This document shows, piece by piece, positions 1-8,879 of a DNA stretch of 64,000 nucleotides. Both the position numbers and the translations under genes were made by a program. Positions within the stretch are counted from its first letter, which is position 1, and each line of letters begins with the position of its first letter. A model generated the notes under the pieces. That model did not search any database and had not been told where the DNA came from. It saw only the letters and a list, made by a program, of their open reading frames with translations. Origin of the DNA: Candidatus Micrarchaeota archaeon. GTDB lineage: Archaea > Micrarchaeota > Micrarchaeia > CABMEP01. Location: the NCBI GenBank assembly GCA_964358895.1, contig CAYHPR010000002.1, positions 30,773 through 94,772 on the forward strand. Reading direction: 5' to 3'.

Positions 1-804
1 GGAAAGATTTGCATTTGACAATAGTTTTACCTTGTGTGCATGCGGGATATTTATCTCCGGCGTTTCTTCTATTATTACTATCCTGTCGTTTAAAGGTACG
101 AAAGAAAAAAGCGAATTGAGCGTACTGCTTTTACCGCTAGCAGTATTTCCAGCGATTATAGTGTTGTAATCTAACTGAAAGACTATCGATAAGAAAGCAA
201 GCTGTTCAGCTGAATAAACTGAACTGTTGAGAAGGTTGGAAATCGTTAGCGGGTTCTTTCTGAACTTACGAACAGTGAGCTCAACATTGGAAATCGGTGG
301 AATCGATGCGTGCAGTCGTGAGCCGTCGGGCAAAACAGCATTTAATTTTGGCTCTTGATAAGTTATTCTTCTACCAAGGGATCTAGCAATTTTATTGATA
401 ATATTGGTTGCTCCTTCTTCATTTCTAAAATATAGATTTGTTCTAAGCCAACCATATTTAGTATGATAAACATAAACCGGTTTGTCGATGCCTATGAGTG
501 CAATTTCTTCAAGCTCGTCATTTTCAAAAAGCTCGTCCAACCCACAGAATCCTGCAACATTTGAATCAATGTATCTGACAAGATAATTTGATTGTGATGG
601 ATCTAGATCAATCTGATTTATTTTGCAGTATCCTTCAAGAAGCGTTCTTATTGTTTTATTTCTATTTGCATTACTCTGCTCTTTATTAGTTGACTCGACA
701 AATAATTTAGAAATGGCTGATATAACTGTCTCTTCGGCTTTGCTCAACGGGGGAAACAATAACGGATAATCACAAGCATTTCTAGTGACAGACCAACTTA
801 ACAT
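1..804 (-). CDS. Type II/IV secretion-system ATPase (archaeal PilB/FlaI-like), N-terminal part; gene runs off the window start
   Basis: Own translation of the minus strand from ATG at 804 (MLSWSVTRNACDYP...) stays open to position 1. It contains the Walker-A-like GNTASGKSSTLNS followed by RIVIIEETPEI, typical of VirB11/PilB/FlaI ATPases. It is not in the ORF track because there is no stop inside the window. Confidence 0.7.
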   Translation of the reverse strand, partial: MLSWSVTRNACDYPLLFPPLSKAEETVISAISKLFVESTNKEQSNANRNKTIRTLLEGYCKINQIDLDPSQSNYLVRYIDSNVAGFCGLDELFENDELEEIALIGIDKPVYVYHTKYGWLRTNLYFRNEEGATNIINKIARSLGRRITYQEPKLNAVLPDGSRLHASIPPISNVELTVRKFRKNPLTISNLLNSSVYSAEQLAFLSIVFQLDYNTIIAGNTASGKSSTLNSLFSFVPLNDRIVIIEETPEINIPHAHKVKLLSNANLS

Positions 805-878
805 AATAGAGGAGCCTTCTGTAAATTAAAGAATGAAAGTGGTTGTCCCCCACATCACTAAGGAGCCTTTACTCATAC

Positions 879-1600
879 TTATTTTCCAAATCGTCTATGT
901 CTTTGTCTAAACTCGGAGATTGCTTTTTCAAAATCCTCTTTAGTTACGTCAGGCCAGAGCTTAGGGCAGAAATAAAATTCACTGTACACCGATTGCCAGG
1001 GCAATAAGCCAGAAAGTCTTTGCTCACCTGCCGATCTAAATATCAAGTCTGGATCCGAAATGTCTGGAGCATAAAGGTATGAATTGAATGTTTTTTCATC
1101 TATCTGTTTTATCTTTCCTGATTTAACATCGACTGCCATACTGTTTGCAGCATCTATCAATTCCTGCCTCCCACCGTAACCTGCCAGAAAGACTACTGTA
1201 TATTTTTTGTTTTTTCCAGTTAATTTTTCTATCTTATTTATTCGTTCAACTATGTCTTTTGGAAAAAGAGAAAGCTTACCGACCCATCTAATACTCACTT
1301 CTTTTCTTATTTTTTCAAACTCTTTGCTTTTTTCTATCCTATCCAAAAGGTTCCTGAATAATTTGAACAGTGCTTCGATTTCTACTTTTGATCTGCTAGC
1401 ATTTTCTGTTGAAAAGATCCAGATGCTAAGTGTCTTGACACCTAAATCCTTACACCATTTAACAACGTCCTTAAACTTCTCAGTACCTGCGATATGTCCC
1501 TCTGGGATTGACTTTCCGTGTTCCTTGGCCCATCTCCGGTTTATGGTCTAAAAATTCCATCCGGGATTATGCAAACATGTAGTTCTTTTGATTTTCCGAT
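879..1600 (-). CDS. uppS: cis-prenyltransferase (undecaprenyl/polyprenyl diphosphate synthase, UppS family), reading frame interrupted by a 14-nt insert at 1541..1554
   Basis: The C-terminus RSAGEQRLSGLLPWQSVYSEFYF..LWPDV..RQRHRRFGK matches the UppS signature. Homology continues upstream (NRRWAKEHGKSIPEGHIAGTEKF..IWIFSTENASRS) past the TTG used by the ORF track. The far N-terminus KSKELHVCIIPDG lies in another frame. No ATG/GTG/TTG start is available; ATC at 1600 lies 5 nt after AGGTG. Confidence 0.7.
1541..1554 (-). other. Candidate 14-nt BHB/BHL-type intron inside the uppS coding sequence
   Basis: The RNA CCGG-AUGG-AAUUUUUAGA-CCAU-AAA-CCGG forms an outer helix, a 4-bp central helix, a 3-nt bulge and a loop. 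Excision restores CCG GAU GGA AAC CGG AGA UGG, which reads PDGNRRW. Confidence 0.45.
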
Positions 1601-1615
1601 TTAAACACCTTTATT

Positions 1616-1921
1616 TTAAGAACGTTCAGCTGCTAAAATTGCATTAAAATGTTTCTCAAGTAACGTTTCAGCATTTTTCCAATGCTTTTTTGATTCCTTA
1701 ATCTTTCCAGAATCTTCAAGTTCTTCGGCTATGTCATGTTCTCTCGTAGCCTTAAAAAAATAATCTATTGCTTTTCTAGCTTCGTTTACAGAGATATTGT
1801 GAAGCAGTCTATATTTTTCAATTAAATTAGAGTATAATCTCTTTTTATCCCTACGATGGTGGGCTTTCCACCATTCGATCTCATATCTTGCTAAATTTTT
1901 AGAGATAACCTTCGTTTTCAT
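1616..1921 (-). CDS. Hypothetical protein (charged, helical)
   Basis: 101-aa ORF with coding-like composition in a co-directional gene string; no family recognised. Confidence 0.5.
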   Translation of the reverse strand: MKTKVISKNLARYEIEWWKAHHRRDKKRLYSNLIEKYRLLHNISVNEARKAIDYFFKATREHDIAEELEDSGKIKESKKHWKNAETLLEKHFNAILAAERS

Positions 1922-2032
1922 AGAATCAGTGAAGATACTGCTCTAAAAAGGAATATATGCCTTTCTTAATAAGCTCTCAAGTAATTGCTTAATCTGCGGA
2001 ATAATTAAATATGTGAACTGGCTAGATAGGAG

Positions 2033-2281
2033 ATGGGAAACATAGGATTTATTCCGACAAAAAAAGAAGCCAGGGCGATATTTACTAAAGCAAACGAACT
2101 CCATACTAGGCATATGCGAATTGTTGGAAAAGGGTTCAAAAGAGCTGGAAAATTGAATAGAACTGAACATAAAAAGATAGATTCGATAAGGTACGCCAGA
2201 CGAATGCTTTTTAGTGGACATCACGAAAAGCTTGGACTTCTTGGTCGTATTTTATATGCTAAAGAATTAGAGTCGTATTAG
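2033..2281 (+). CDS. Small basic hypothetical protein
   Basis: 82-aa K/R-rich ORF. The overlapping minus-strand ORF 1943..2224 has S/F-rich shadow-like composition, so the plus ORF is preferred. Confidence 0.3.
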   Translation: MGNIGFIPTKKEARAIFTKANELHTRHMRIVGKGFKRAGKLNRTEHKKIDSIRYARRMLFSGHHEKLGLLGRILYAKELESY

Positions 2282-2941
2282 AAAATAACCTATCAAAGCT
2301 GAAGAGATAGTGCAGATCATATTTGACGTTGACTTATTACCTATCCCCATTTCTTCAAAGATTCCTGCAATTGTATCGAATACACTTCCTAAGAAGCCAG
2401 CTATTGCAATATAAAAAATAAATGACGGATCGAAGTTATACAAAAAATAAGCAATCACTCCGATTATAAGTGCTCCGATAAAAGAAAGAAATGTTCCAAG
2501 TGCAGATATTGCTCCAGATGTACCTGCTCTGACACTTTTTAAATTTTTCAGAGAAATTGGCTTTCCTGAAAGCACGCCGAGTTCTGATCCAAATTTATCA
2601 GAAAGAGCTCCAGCAACTGAAGTTACATATGCGGCAATCCAAACTGGCGAATTCGTCAAATAAAATGCAGCACAACATAAAGTTGGGATTGAACCATTAG
2701 AAATGACATTATGCCACCCTCTCTCGTGCTCATAAACGCCTTTCTCTTTCTTTTCCTCATGTCTATACTTCGTTGCGATGACACTGATAAATAAAAATAA
2801 GAGAAGAAGTAGGATATTAGCTAACGCGTAACTTTTAGAAGTGAAAATGACGACTAAACCAATAATTAGGGAAGCAACGAAACCAGGAGTATCTAATAGA
2901 AGCGCTCTAACCAAATTATCACTTATCTGTTGTTTGTTCAC
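2267..2941 (-). CDS. DUF92/COG1836-family integral membrane protein (VTE6-like isoprenoid-phosphate kinase family)
   Basis: Multi-TM protein with GALSDKFGSELG and SGAISALGT motifs resembling the DUF92 DTxASExG / GxxSxxGT pattern. It lies next to uppS. Confidence 0.5.
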   Translation of the reverse strand: MNKQQISDNLVRALLLDTPGFVASLIIGLVVIFTSKSYALANILLLLLFLFISVIATKYRHEEKKEKGVYEHERGWHNVISNGSIPTLCCAAFYLTNSPVWIAAYVTSVAGALSDKFGSELGVLSGKPISLKNLKSVRAGTSGAISALGTFLSFIGALIIGVIAYFLYNFDPSFIFYIAIAGFLGSVFDTIAGIFEEMGIGNKSTSNMICTISSALIGYFLIRL

Positions 2942-3947
2942 CTATTCCTCTAACTGACAACTTACTGTCTTTTACATCGAATGAAATATTTGTAAACTTT
3001 GGTATAAGCCACATACAGGTTTTAGCATGTTGAGTAAGTTCTGGAACTGAAATTGATGACTCTCCATTTGCTAGCGCCATAAAAATAAGAAGCTGGTCTG
3101 ACATCCATCTATCGACAGTCGCTTGATTTGATATTTCCTTCTTCAGATCGAGCGCAACAGATCTACCAAGATCCTCTGATTTCAGACCAATTTTACCGAG
3201 ACTAGAAACACCAACTACTGTATTCTGAAATTCGGCCCAAAGAGTCAGTCCGGTGCCTGGAGATTGGGAGGACATAACAATTTTCTGTATCGAAGCGTCT
3301 GGAAGAACACTTTTTACTGCACTTATTTGTCGGTCGGCTACGTCTTCTTTAAGATTCGATAAAGCACAAACTCCCTTTATTCCATACAATAATCCTTTGT
3401 CATTAATCTCTATACCTGCCAGTTTTGAAGGATGTACTTCTATAGTCGTTGACCCTCCGCCGCGCGGATACCAGCCAAGCGAATCAACAAAAGAAACGAT
3501 CTTTGCTCCGAACCTTGCCGTAAGAGGTATGAACACGTTTCTGTAGAAATCAGTTGTTGGAGACCAGGCCACATGCGTTCCTCCAGTTAGTTTCAGCACG
3601 GATTTTTCTTTTCCGAATAGCAATACCGGAACCAATGACTGCGCTAAAAGAGTTACAGAGCCTGCCGTACCGATATCGAACGAATACTCGCCTTGTTTGA
3701 TCGCTTTTGGCGAAAAGCCCAGTTCCTGGGAACCTATTGATGCGCCCGTAACTACTGCATCGGTTATTTTAGCCATCGCCTGCACGCAAGTAAGGTGCTG
3801 CGGCTGAAGACCTGGTTTCGTACGGCCTGCTCGGATGTTCTTGATAACGAACGGTTTGCCTAGAATTGCAGATAAAGATAGAGCAACCCTTAAGATCTGG
3901 CCCCCTCCCTCTTCATAACTGCCGTCAATTTCAATAATATCTGTCAT
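2919..3947 (-). CDS. rtcA: RNA 3'-terminal phosphate cyclase
   Basis: N-terminus IEIDGSYEEGGGQILRVALSLSAILGKPFVIKNIRAGRTKPGLQPQHL is the RtcA signature; 342 aa is the typical length. Confidence 0.9.
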   Translation of the reverse strand: MTDIIEIDGSYEEGGGQILRVALSLSAILGKPFVIKNIRAGRTKPGLQPQHLTCVQAMAKITDAVVTGASIGSQELGFSPKAIKQGEYSFDIGTAGSVTLLAQSLVPVLLFGKEKSVLKLTGGTHVAWSPTTDFYRNVFIPLTARFGAKIVSFVDSLGWYPRGGGSTTIEVHPSKLAGIEINDKGLLYGIKGVCALSNLKEDVADRQISAVKSVLPDASIQKIVMSSQSPGTGLTLWAEFQNTVVGVSSLGKIGLKSEDLGRSVALDLKKEISNQATVDRWMSDQLLIFMALANGESSISVPELTQHAKTCMWLIPKFTNISFDVKDSKLSVRGIGEQTTDK

Positions 3948-4180
3948 AGACTCACAATAGAAAAATAAATAGAAAAAGGCCAGCGCATTTCGCGCTGGCG
4001 AGGCGACCAGTTTTTGAGGCAGATGTGCAAAATTCGAGTATACCTCTATTCTGTCTTTTGAAAAAGCTCATTTAAAAGGTTTTCTGTGGAAGTTTAACTT
4101 ATATATAAACATTTAGTAGAATAACCCCTCTTTCGTATTCTTCCACTAATAACATAAAGCATGAGTGAGTTTGTATAATT

Positions 4181-5440
4181 ATGGACCTTAAAAAACTGTA
4201 TTATAAATCAAAAATTTCCGGCGTTGGCGGAAGGATAAAAGAGATACCCGAATCCTTCATTGTTCAAGAGATAGGGCCCACAGGAAATACGTATTATACT
4301 GATGCAGTATTAGAAAAGAGCAAAACAGTAGAAAATTTCCTGCACATCGTTTTACAAAAGAAAAATTGGTCAACTGAAGATGCAGTCGCACGTGTTGCAG
4401 AGGCGTTAGGTATAAATCATAAAAGATTCTCTTGGTCTGGAACAAAAGATAGACGTGCAATAACTACTCAACTTGTTTCAGTATTTGGATTGAATGAAAA
4501 ACAAATAGAAACCATGGATAAATTGGAACTAAAGGATATTGCTGTCCTAGGCTATTGGGGAGCAAAAGAAAAAGTTAAATTCGGACAGCACATTGGAAAC
4601 AGATTCAAAATAATCCTGACAGATTCTGATCCGGATTCAGATCAACTGATTAGGGAGATCTATACAGATTTGGGGGGCAAGTTTCCAAACTATTTTGGAC
4701 CGCAGAGATTTGGGAAAAAAAATAATAATCATATTATTGGAAAAAGAATTATTCAAGGTAACTTCTACGAAGCAGTAATGCTTTTCCTTACTGAAACCGA
4801 AGAAAATGAAAAAGAAGAAATTGCTAGTGTAAAAAAAGAACTAAAAGATACGAAAGACTTCAAAAAAGCTATTGAAAGCTTTCCGAGAAATATGCGCCAT
4901 GAAATCAGAATGTTGGAGCACCTGAATAAAAAACCTGGAGATTTTGTTGGAGCACTTCGTGCGATACATCGAAGTGTTTCACTTAGATTTATACATGCTT
5001 ACCAATCATACTTGTTTAACAGAGTGTTAAGTGATAATCTAGAAAAAATAGAAGAACGTAAGCAGAGAGGAGGAGAAAGGGTAGAAGATAGTAAGAGTCT
5101 GAATAGCATAGGAGATGATAAGAACTTTGATTCTTACTGTGGGACAAATTCTTATGGATTTCCTGATATCGAACAGGCGGGGACAGCTTGGCAGACTAGT
5201 AATATTATAGGTTACGATACAAAGATAACTGAAGAAGAAGCTGAATTATTGGAAGATGAAAATATTTCTAAGGATGATTTCAAAATAAGATCCGTACCTG
5301 AGTTATCATCCAAAGGATCTGTAAGAACGATGCTTGTTCCGATTAAAAATTTTACATATTCAAATGCAGCATTCACATTTGAATTACCTAAAGGCGCTTA
5401 TGCTACTTCAATGTTAAGAGAATTTATGGATAAAAAATAA
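4181..5440 (+). CDS. truD: tRNA pseudouridine synthase D (TruD/Pus7 family)
   Basis: GTKDRRAITTQ catalytic motif; FPNYFGPQRFG; 419 aa. Confidence 0.9.
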   Translation: MDLKKLYYKSKISGVGGRIKEIPESFIVQEIGPTGNTYYTDAVLEKSKTVENFLHIVLQKKNWSTEDAVARVAEALGINHKRFSWSGTKDRRAITTQLVSVFGLNEKQIETMDKLELKDIAVLGYWGAKEKVKFGQHIGNRFKIILTDSDPDSDQLIREIYTDLGGKFPNYFGPQRFGKKNNNHIIGKRIIQGNFYEAVMLFLTETEENEKEEIASVKKELKDTKDFKKAIESFPRNMRHEIRMLEHLNKKPGDFVGALRAIHRSVSLRFIHAYQSYLFNRVLSDNLEKIEERKQRGGERVEDSKSLNSIGDDKNFDSYCGTNSYGFPDIEQAGTAWQTSNIIGYDTKITEEEAELLEDENISKDDFKIRSVPELSSKGSVRTMLVPIKNFTYSNAAFTFELPKGAYATSMLREFMDKK

Positions 5441-5481
5441 GAATTAAAAAGAGAATATAAATGCAAAAGAGATAGTTCCAT

Positions 5482-6660
5482 ATGGTTGACATACTTAGAC
5501 TGGCTGAATATTTGATGATGTTTGCAGTTCTTTACTTCACGATAGTTTTACTGTTAATATATTTGCAGAATAGGAATAAGATGTGGTCGAATAAAAGGAA
5601 CAAGTATGAACCGACCGTATCGTTCATCATTCCAGCCTATAATGAACAAGAAGATATAGAAAAATCAGTAAGATCTGTACTTGCAGTAGATTATCCAACG
5701 GATAAACTCGAAATTGTTGTAGTTAATGATGGGTCGACTGACAACACCGCCAACTTAGTGAGATCAATTGCTGAAAAAGAGCTCCGAGTTAGATTATTAG
5801 ATAAAAAAAATGAAGGAAAAGCTCTAGCACTAAATTATGGAATAAAAAATGCTACCGGAGAGATTGTAATAACACTAGATGCTGACTCATATGTAACTAA
5901 AAACTGTGTGAAAATTTTAATGTCTCATTTTGATAAGGATGTTGCTGCAGTTACATCTGCGGTTAAGATTAAGGATAGAAAAGACATGACATTTCTTGAA
6001 TCATTGCAAAAAGTTGAATATCTATTCACAATATTTAACCGACGTCTATTTTCATTTATTAATTCAGTTTATGTAACTCCAGGTCCACTCAGTGCTTTTA
6101 GAAAAGAGGTATTTGAAGAGGTCGGTGGATTTGATCCAAATAATATCATGGAGGATCAAGAAATGGCTTTAAGAATTCAATCAGCAAATTATCGAATAAT
6201 AAGTTGCATGGACGCAGTAGTGTATACTGAGGCTCCGAAAGATTTTGATTCGTTAATGAAACAGAGAATACGGTGGCACAGAGGAGGGTTCAGAAACATT
6301 ATGAAATACTCATATATGGTTAATCCGAAATATGGAGATTTCGGTGCATTTGTTATGCCTTACTCTTTCGTATCAATCTTCCTGTTATTCTTGGTATTCT
6401 GGATTGTTGCCGTAGCTGTTTCGAAGGTGTCTGGATTATATTTCCTTGAACCGCTCCTCTCTGTTGAACCAATTCATGTTATTTCAGCGATTGTATTGAT
6501 CATAACTTTAATCTGGACGTTTATTGCATTGTCGCAGATAGAGGAAAAACCAAGCATAAAAAACATGATACTTTATATTATAACCTATTGTTATCTGATA
6601 ACATTTTTTATGGCTATAGCGATTGTAAAGGAATTGAAAGGGGATCCCGCTTCGTGGTAA
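5482..6660 (+). CDS. Family 2 glycosyltransferase, processive type (membrane-embedded, QxxRW)
   Basis: SFIIPAYNE, VVNDGSTD, TLDADS and QRIRWHRG motifs, plus N- and C-terminal TM helices. Confidence 0.85.
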   Translation: MVDILRLAEYLMMFAVLYFTIVLLLIYLQNRNKMWSNKRNKYEPTVSFIIPAYNEQEDIEKSVRSVLAVDYPTDKLEIVVVNDGSTDNTANLVRSIAEKELRVRLLDKKNEGKALALNYGIKNATGEIVITLDADSYVTKNCVKILMSHFDKDVAAVTSAVKIKDRKDMTFLESLQKVEYLFTIFNRRLFSFINSVYVTPGPLSAFRKEVFEEVGGFDPNNIMEDQEMALRIQSANYRIISCMDAVVYTEAPKDFDSLMKQRIRWHRGGFRNIMKYSYMVNPKYGDFGAFVMPYSFVSIFLLFLVFWIVAVAVSKVSGLYFLEPLLSVEPIHVISAIVLIITLIWTFIALSQIEEKPSIKNMILYIITYCYLITFFMAIAIVKELKGDPASW

Positions 6661-6675
6661 TTTAGTAGTAAAGTA

Positions 6676-7323
6676 GTGAATAATATGATACAAAAAACTG
6701 AAAGAACAATTAATTGGTCGATCTATTTTATTGGGTTTGTTATATCTGCTTTAATCTTTGGAATTGGATTTTGGTTTGGTTCTCAAATTGAGACAGGAGT
6801 GGCTGAACAACTGAAGAGAACTATAGACATTACACGAGGAGGGGTTGTCTCGGTAGAAACAATGCTTATCTTAGAAAATGATTCTTCGTTCTGTGAATTC
6901 TTTATGGACGAAATGGCTAAATCTGACAGTGAAACTTATGAACTTGGTAAAAAGATAGGATACATGGAAGAAAGGAAAGGAGTAGACCCACAATTAAAAG
7001 CAGATTATATGACTTTGGAATTTCGTGACTACCTGCTGTCAAAACGGATAGACGCTAAGTGCAATGGCAATTCAACACTTGTACTCTATTTCTTGTCTAG
7101 CTCTTCTTGTCCGGACTGCAAATCACAAGGATTGGAATTAACAAAAGTAAGAGATCAGATCCCGTTAAGAGTTTACTCTTTTGATATGGACATTAACAAC
7201 TCACTTGTAAATTCATTATCAAAATCTTATGAAATTGAGAGATATCCAACATTAATAATCAACGACAAAAAATATGTTGGTTATTTAAGTTCTCAGGATA
7301 TTCTTAAAGCAATAAATCAATAA
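6676..7323 (+). CDS. Membrane-anchored thioredoxin-fold protein (CxxC)
   Basis: N-terminal TM helix; LYFLSSSSCPDCKSQ CxxC motif; YPTLIIND typical of the thioredoxin-fold cis-Pro region. Confidence 0.55.
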   Translation: MNNMIQKTERTINWSIYFIGFVISALIFGIGFWFGSQIETGVAEQLKRTIDITRGGVVSVETMLILENDSSFCEFFMDEMAKSDSETYELGKKIGYMEERKGVDPQLKADYMTLEFRDYLLSKRIDAKCNGNSTLVLYFLSSSSCPDCKSQGLELTKVRDQIPLRVYSFDMDINNSLVNSLSKSYEIERYPTLIINDKKYVGYLSSQDILKAINQ

Positions 7324-7351
7324 GCAAACAGATGCAGCTAAAAGTGGTTTA

Positions 7352-7654
7352 ATGCTTTCGATTAATCTGAAAAAGAGTAAAAAGGGAACTATACTCGCAA
7401 TTTGCGACAGTGAATTGCTTGGTAAAACTCTGAAAGAGGGTAAATTAGTTATAGACCTGAATAAATATAGGTCATTTTATGAAGGCAAATTAATCAGTGA
7501 AACTGACCCAAGCCTTGAACAGATAATAAAAAATGCGGACTCAATTAATATCGTAGGTAAGAAGGCAATTGAAACATTGAAAAAATTTGGCTTAGATGTG
7601 TCAGGTGTAAAAACAATCGAAAGTATACCTCATCTGCAGATATATCGACTCTAA
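7352..7654 (+). CDS. DUF424-like small archaeal protein
   Basis: ILAICDSELLGKTLKEGKLVIDL..FYEGKLIS resembles the DUF424 pattern, recalled from memory of the family. Confidence 0.45.
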   Translation: MLSINLKKSKKGTILAICDSELLGKTLKEGKLVIDLNKYRSFYEGKLISETDPSLEQIIKNADSINIVGKKAIETLKKFGLDVSGVKTIESIPHLQIYRL

Positions 7655-7693
7655 ATCTAGTTGTAGAGATTAGTCCCTTGCTAAATTTTTCAC

Positions 7694-8860
7694 TTATTTT
7701 GCTGCTGATACTATTTTTATTACATCTCCATCTTTCAAAACATAATCCTTAGCTATCCTTATCTTTTTCTTTGCATCAATTGCATATAGAAAAGATTTAG
7801 CCAGATCTGTATGTATTTTTGCTGCAAATGCAAGAGCAGTAGTTCCTCTCCTAACAAGAATCGCATCTGGAAGAATATTGCCGAAATTATCGGCAAATTT
7901 ATTTTCATCACTTACGGGGAATACAGTAATCAATTCTAATTGCCTAAATGCTGCTGCATTTAATGTCTCTTGCACGCCAGAACCCTTATTTTCCTTCAAA
8001 ATCTTAGCAATTTTATTTAGCGCAGAACGCTGGCCCTCGCTGACATTCGCAAGCATCTCAAAATCTAAAGCACCGGAATTGTATTTTACCAATCCTTTTT
8101 CGTTGGCCTTTCTTAGAGCAAGCTCTCCGTCTGCATAAACGGATAGTATAGTTCTGTTAGGAAATTCCTTAACAAGTTTATCGAATTTCTCTCTAGCATT
8201 TGGAAGATCAATCTTATTCGCAGCAATAAGTATGAGTAGTGACCTTTCCCTTATTTTATAGGCGAACTTTCTCACCTCGTCTTCAGACCACGTAATCCTA
8301 GTTTTAGGTAGAGATAATTCGTCTGCCAAATGGTCTACAACCTCTGGTGAGATGTTCAGACCCGTAAGGATAGAATGAACTGAGTCTATATTTTTTCCTT
8401 TAATTTTGGTCCAATTCTTCAAGAGTATATCCGTGAACCATTCATTAATTTCTTTTTCCAAAAATCTTATTTCTTCTGCTGGATCTGCATTTTCAATTGG
8501 GTTCCCTTCTAAGTCAGTAGTACCGCTGACATCAATGACTTGGATCAATACATCTGCAGTTCTAACACTATCAAGAAATTTGTTACCTAATCCTTTACCT
8601 TCATGTGCACCTGGAACAAGACCTGCTAAATCAACTACGTTAATTGGAACATAGCGAATGCCATTTACACATTTAGAATTTTTTGGATTACATTTAGCAG
8701 CTATAACTGATTCAGGACAGTTCGTAGTTATGAAAGTGACTCCTTTGTTTGGCTCTATGGTTGTAAAGGGTCTGGAAGAGATTGGAACATCTATCTTTGT
8801 TATAGCTGAAAAGAACGTTGACTTTCCTTTGCTCGGTGCACCGGTTATGCCTATTAACAT
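7694..8860 (-). CDS. OBG/YchF-DRG-like GTPase with C-terminal TGS domain
   Basis: G1 GITGAPSKGKSTFF, G3 DLAGLVPGA, G4 NKID, C-terminal TGS-like ..GDVIKIV. The start is placed at the internal Met (MLIGITG); the ORF-track extension to 8896 looks non-coding. Confidence 0.85.
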   Translation of the reverse strand: MLIGITGAPSKGKSTFFSAITKIDVPISSRPFTTIEPNKGVTFITTNCPESVIAAKCNPKNSKCVNGIRYVPINVVDLAGLVPGAHEGKGLGNKFLDSVRTADVLIQVIDVSGTTDLEGNPIENADPAEEIRFLEKEINEWFTDILLKNWTKIKGKNIDSVHSILTGLNISPEVVDHLADELSLPKTRITWSEDEVRKFAYKIRERSLLILIAANKIDLPNAREKFDKLVKEFPNRTILSVYADGELALRKANEKGLVKYNSGALDFEMLANVSEGQRSALNKIAKILKENKGSGVQETLNAAAFRQLELITVFPVSDENKFADNFGNILPDAILVRRGTTALAFAAKIHTDLAKSFLYAIDAKKKIRIAKDYVLKDGDVIKIVSAAK

Positions 8861-8879
8861 AAGGATATATGCACAAAAT

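Noticed and set aside
1207-1551. Plus-strand 114-aa ORF antisense to uppS, and similar antisense ORFs opposite rtcA, the GTPase, aCPSF1, cdc48, aglB, thyX and others
   Set aside because: These are shadow ORFs opposite well-supported genes, with S/F/L/I-rich composition typical of the antisense of K/E-rich coding sequence.
3979-3999. GC-rich 8-bp palindrome GCCAGCGC-ATTTC-GCGCTGGC in the rtcA/truD divergent intergenic region
   Set aside because: It is an isolated single hairpin. It could be a regulator site or a bidirectional terminator-like element, but there is no supporting repeat or conservation information, so the evidence is too weak to call.
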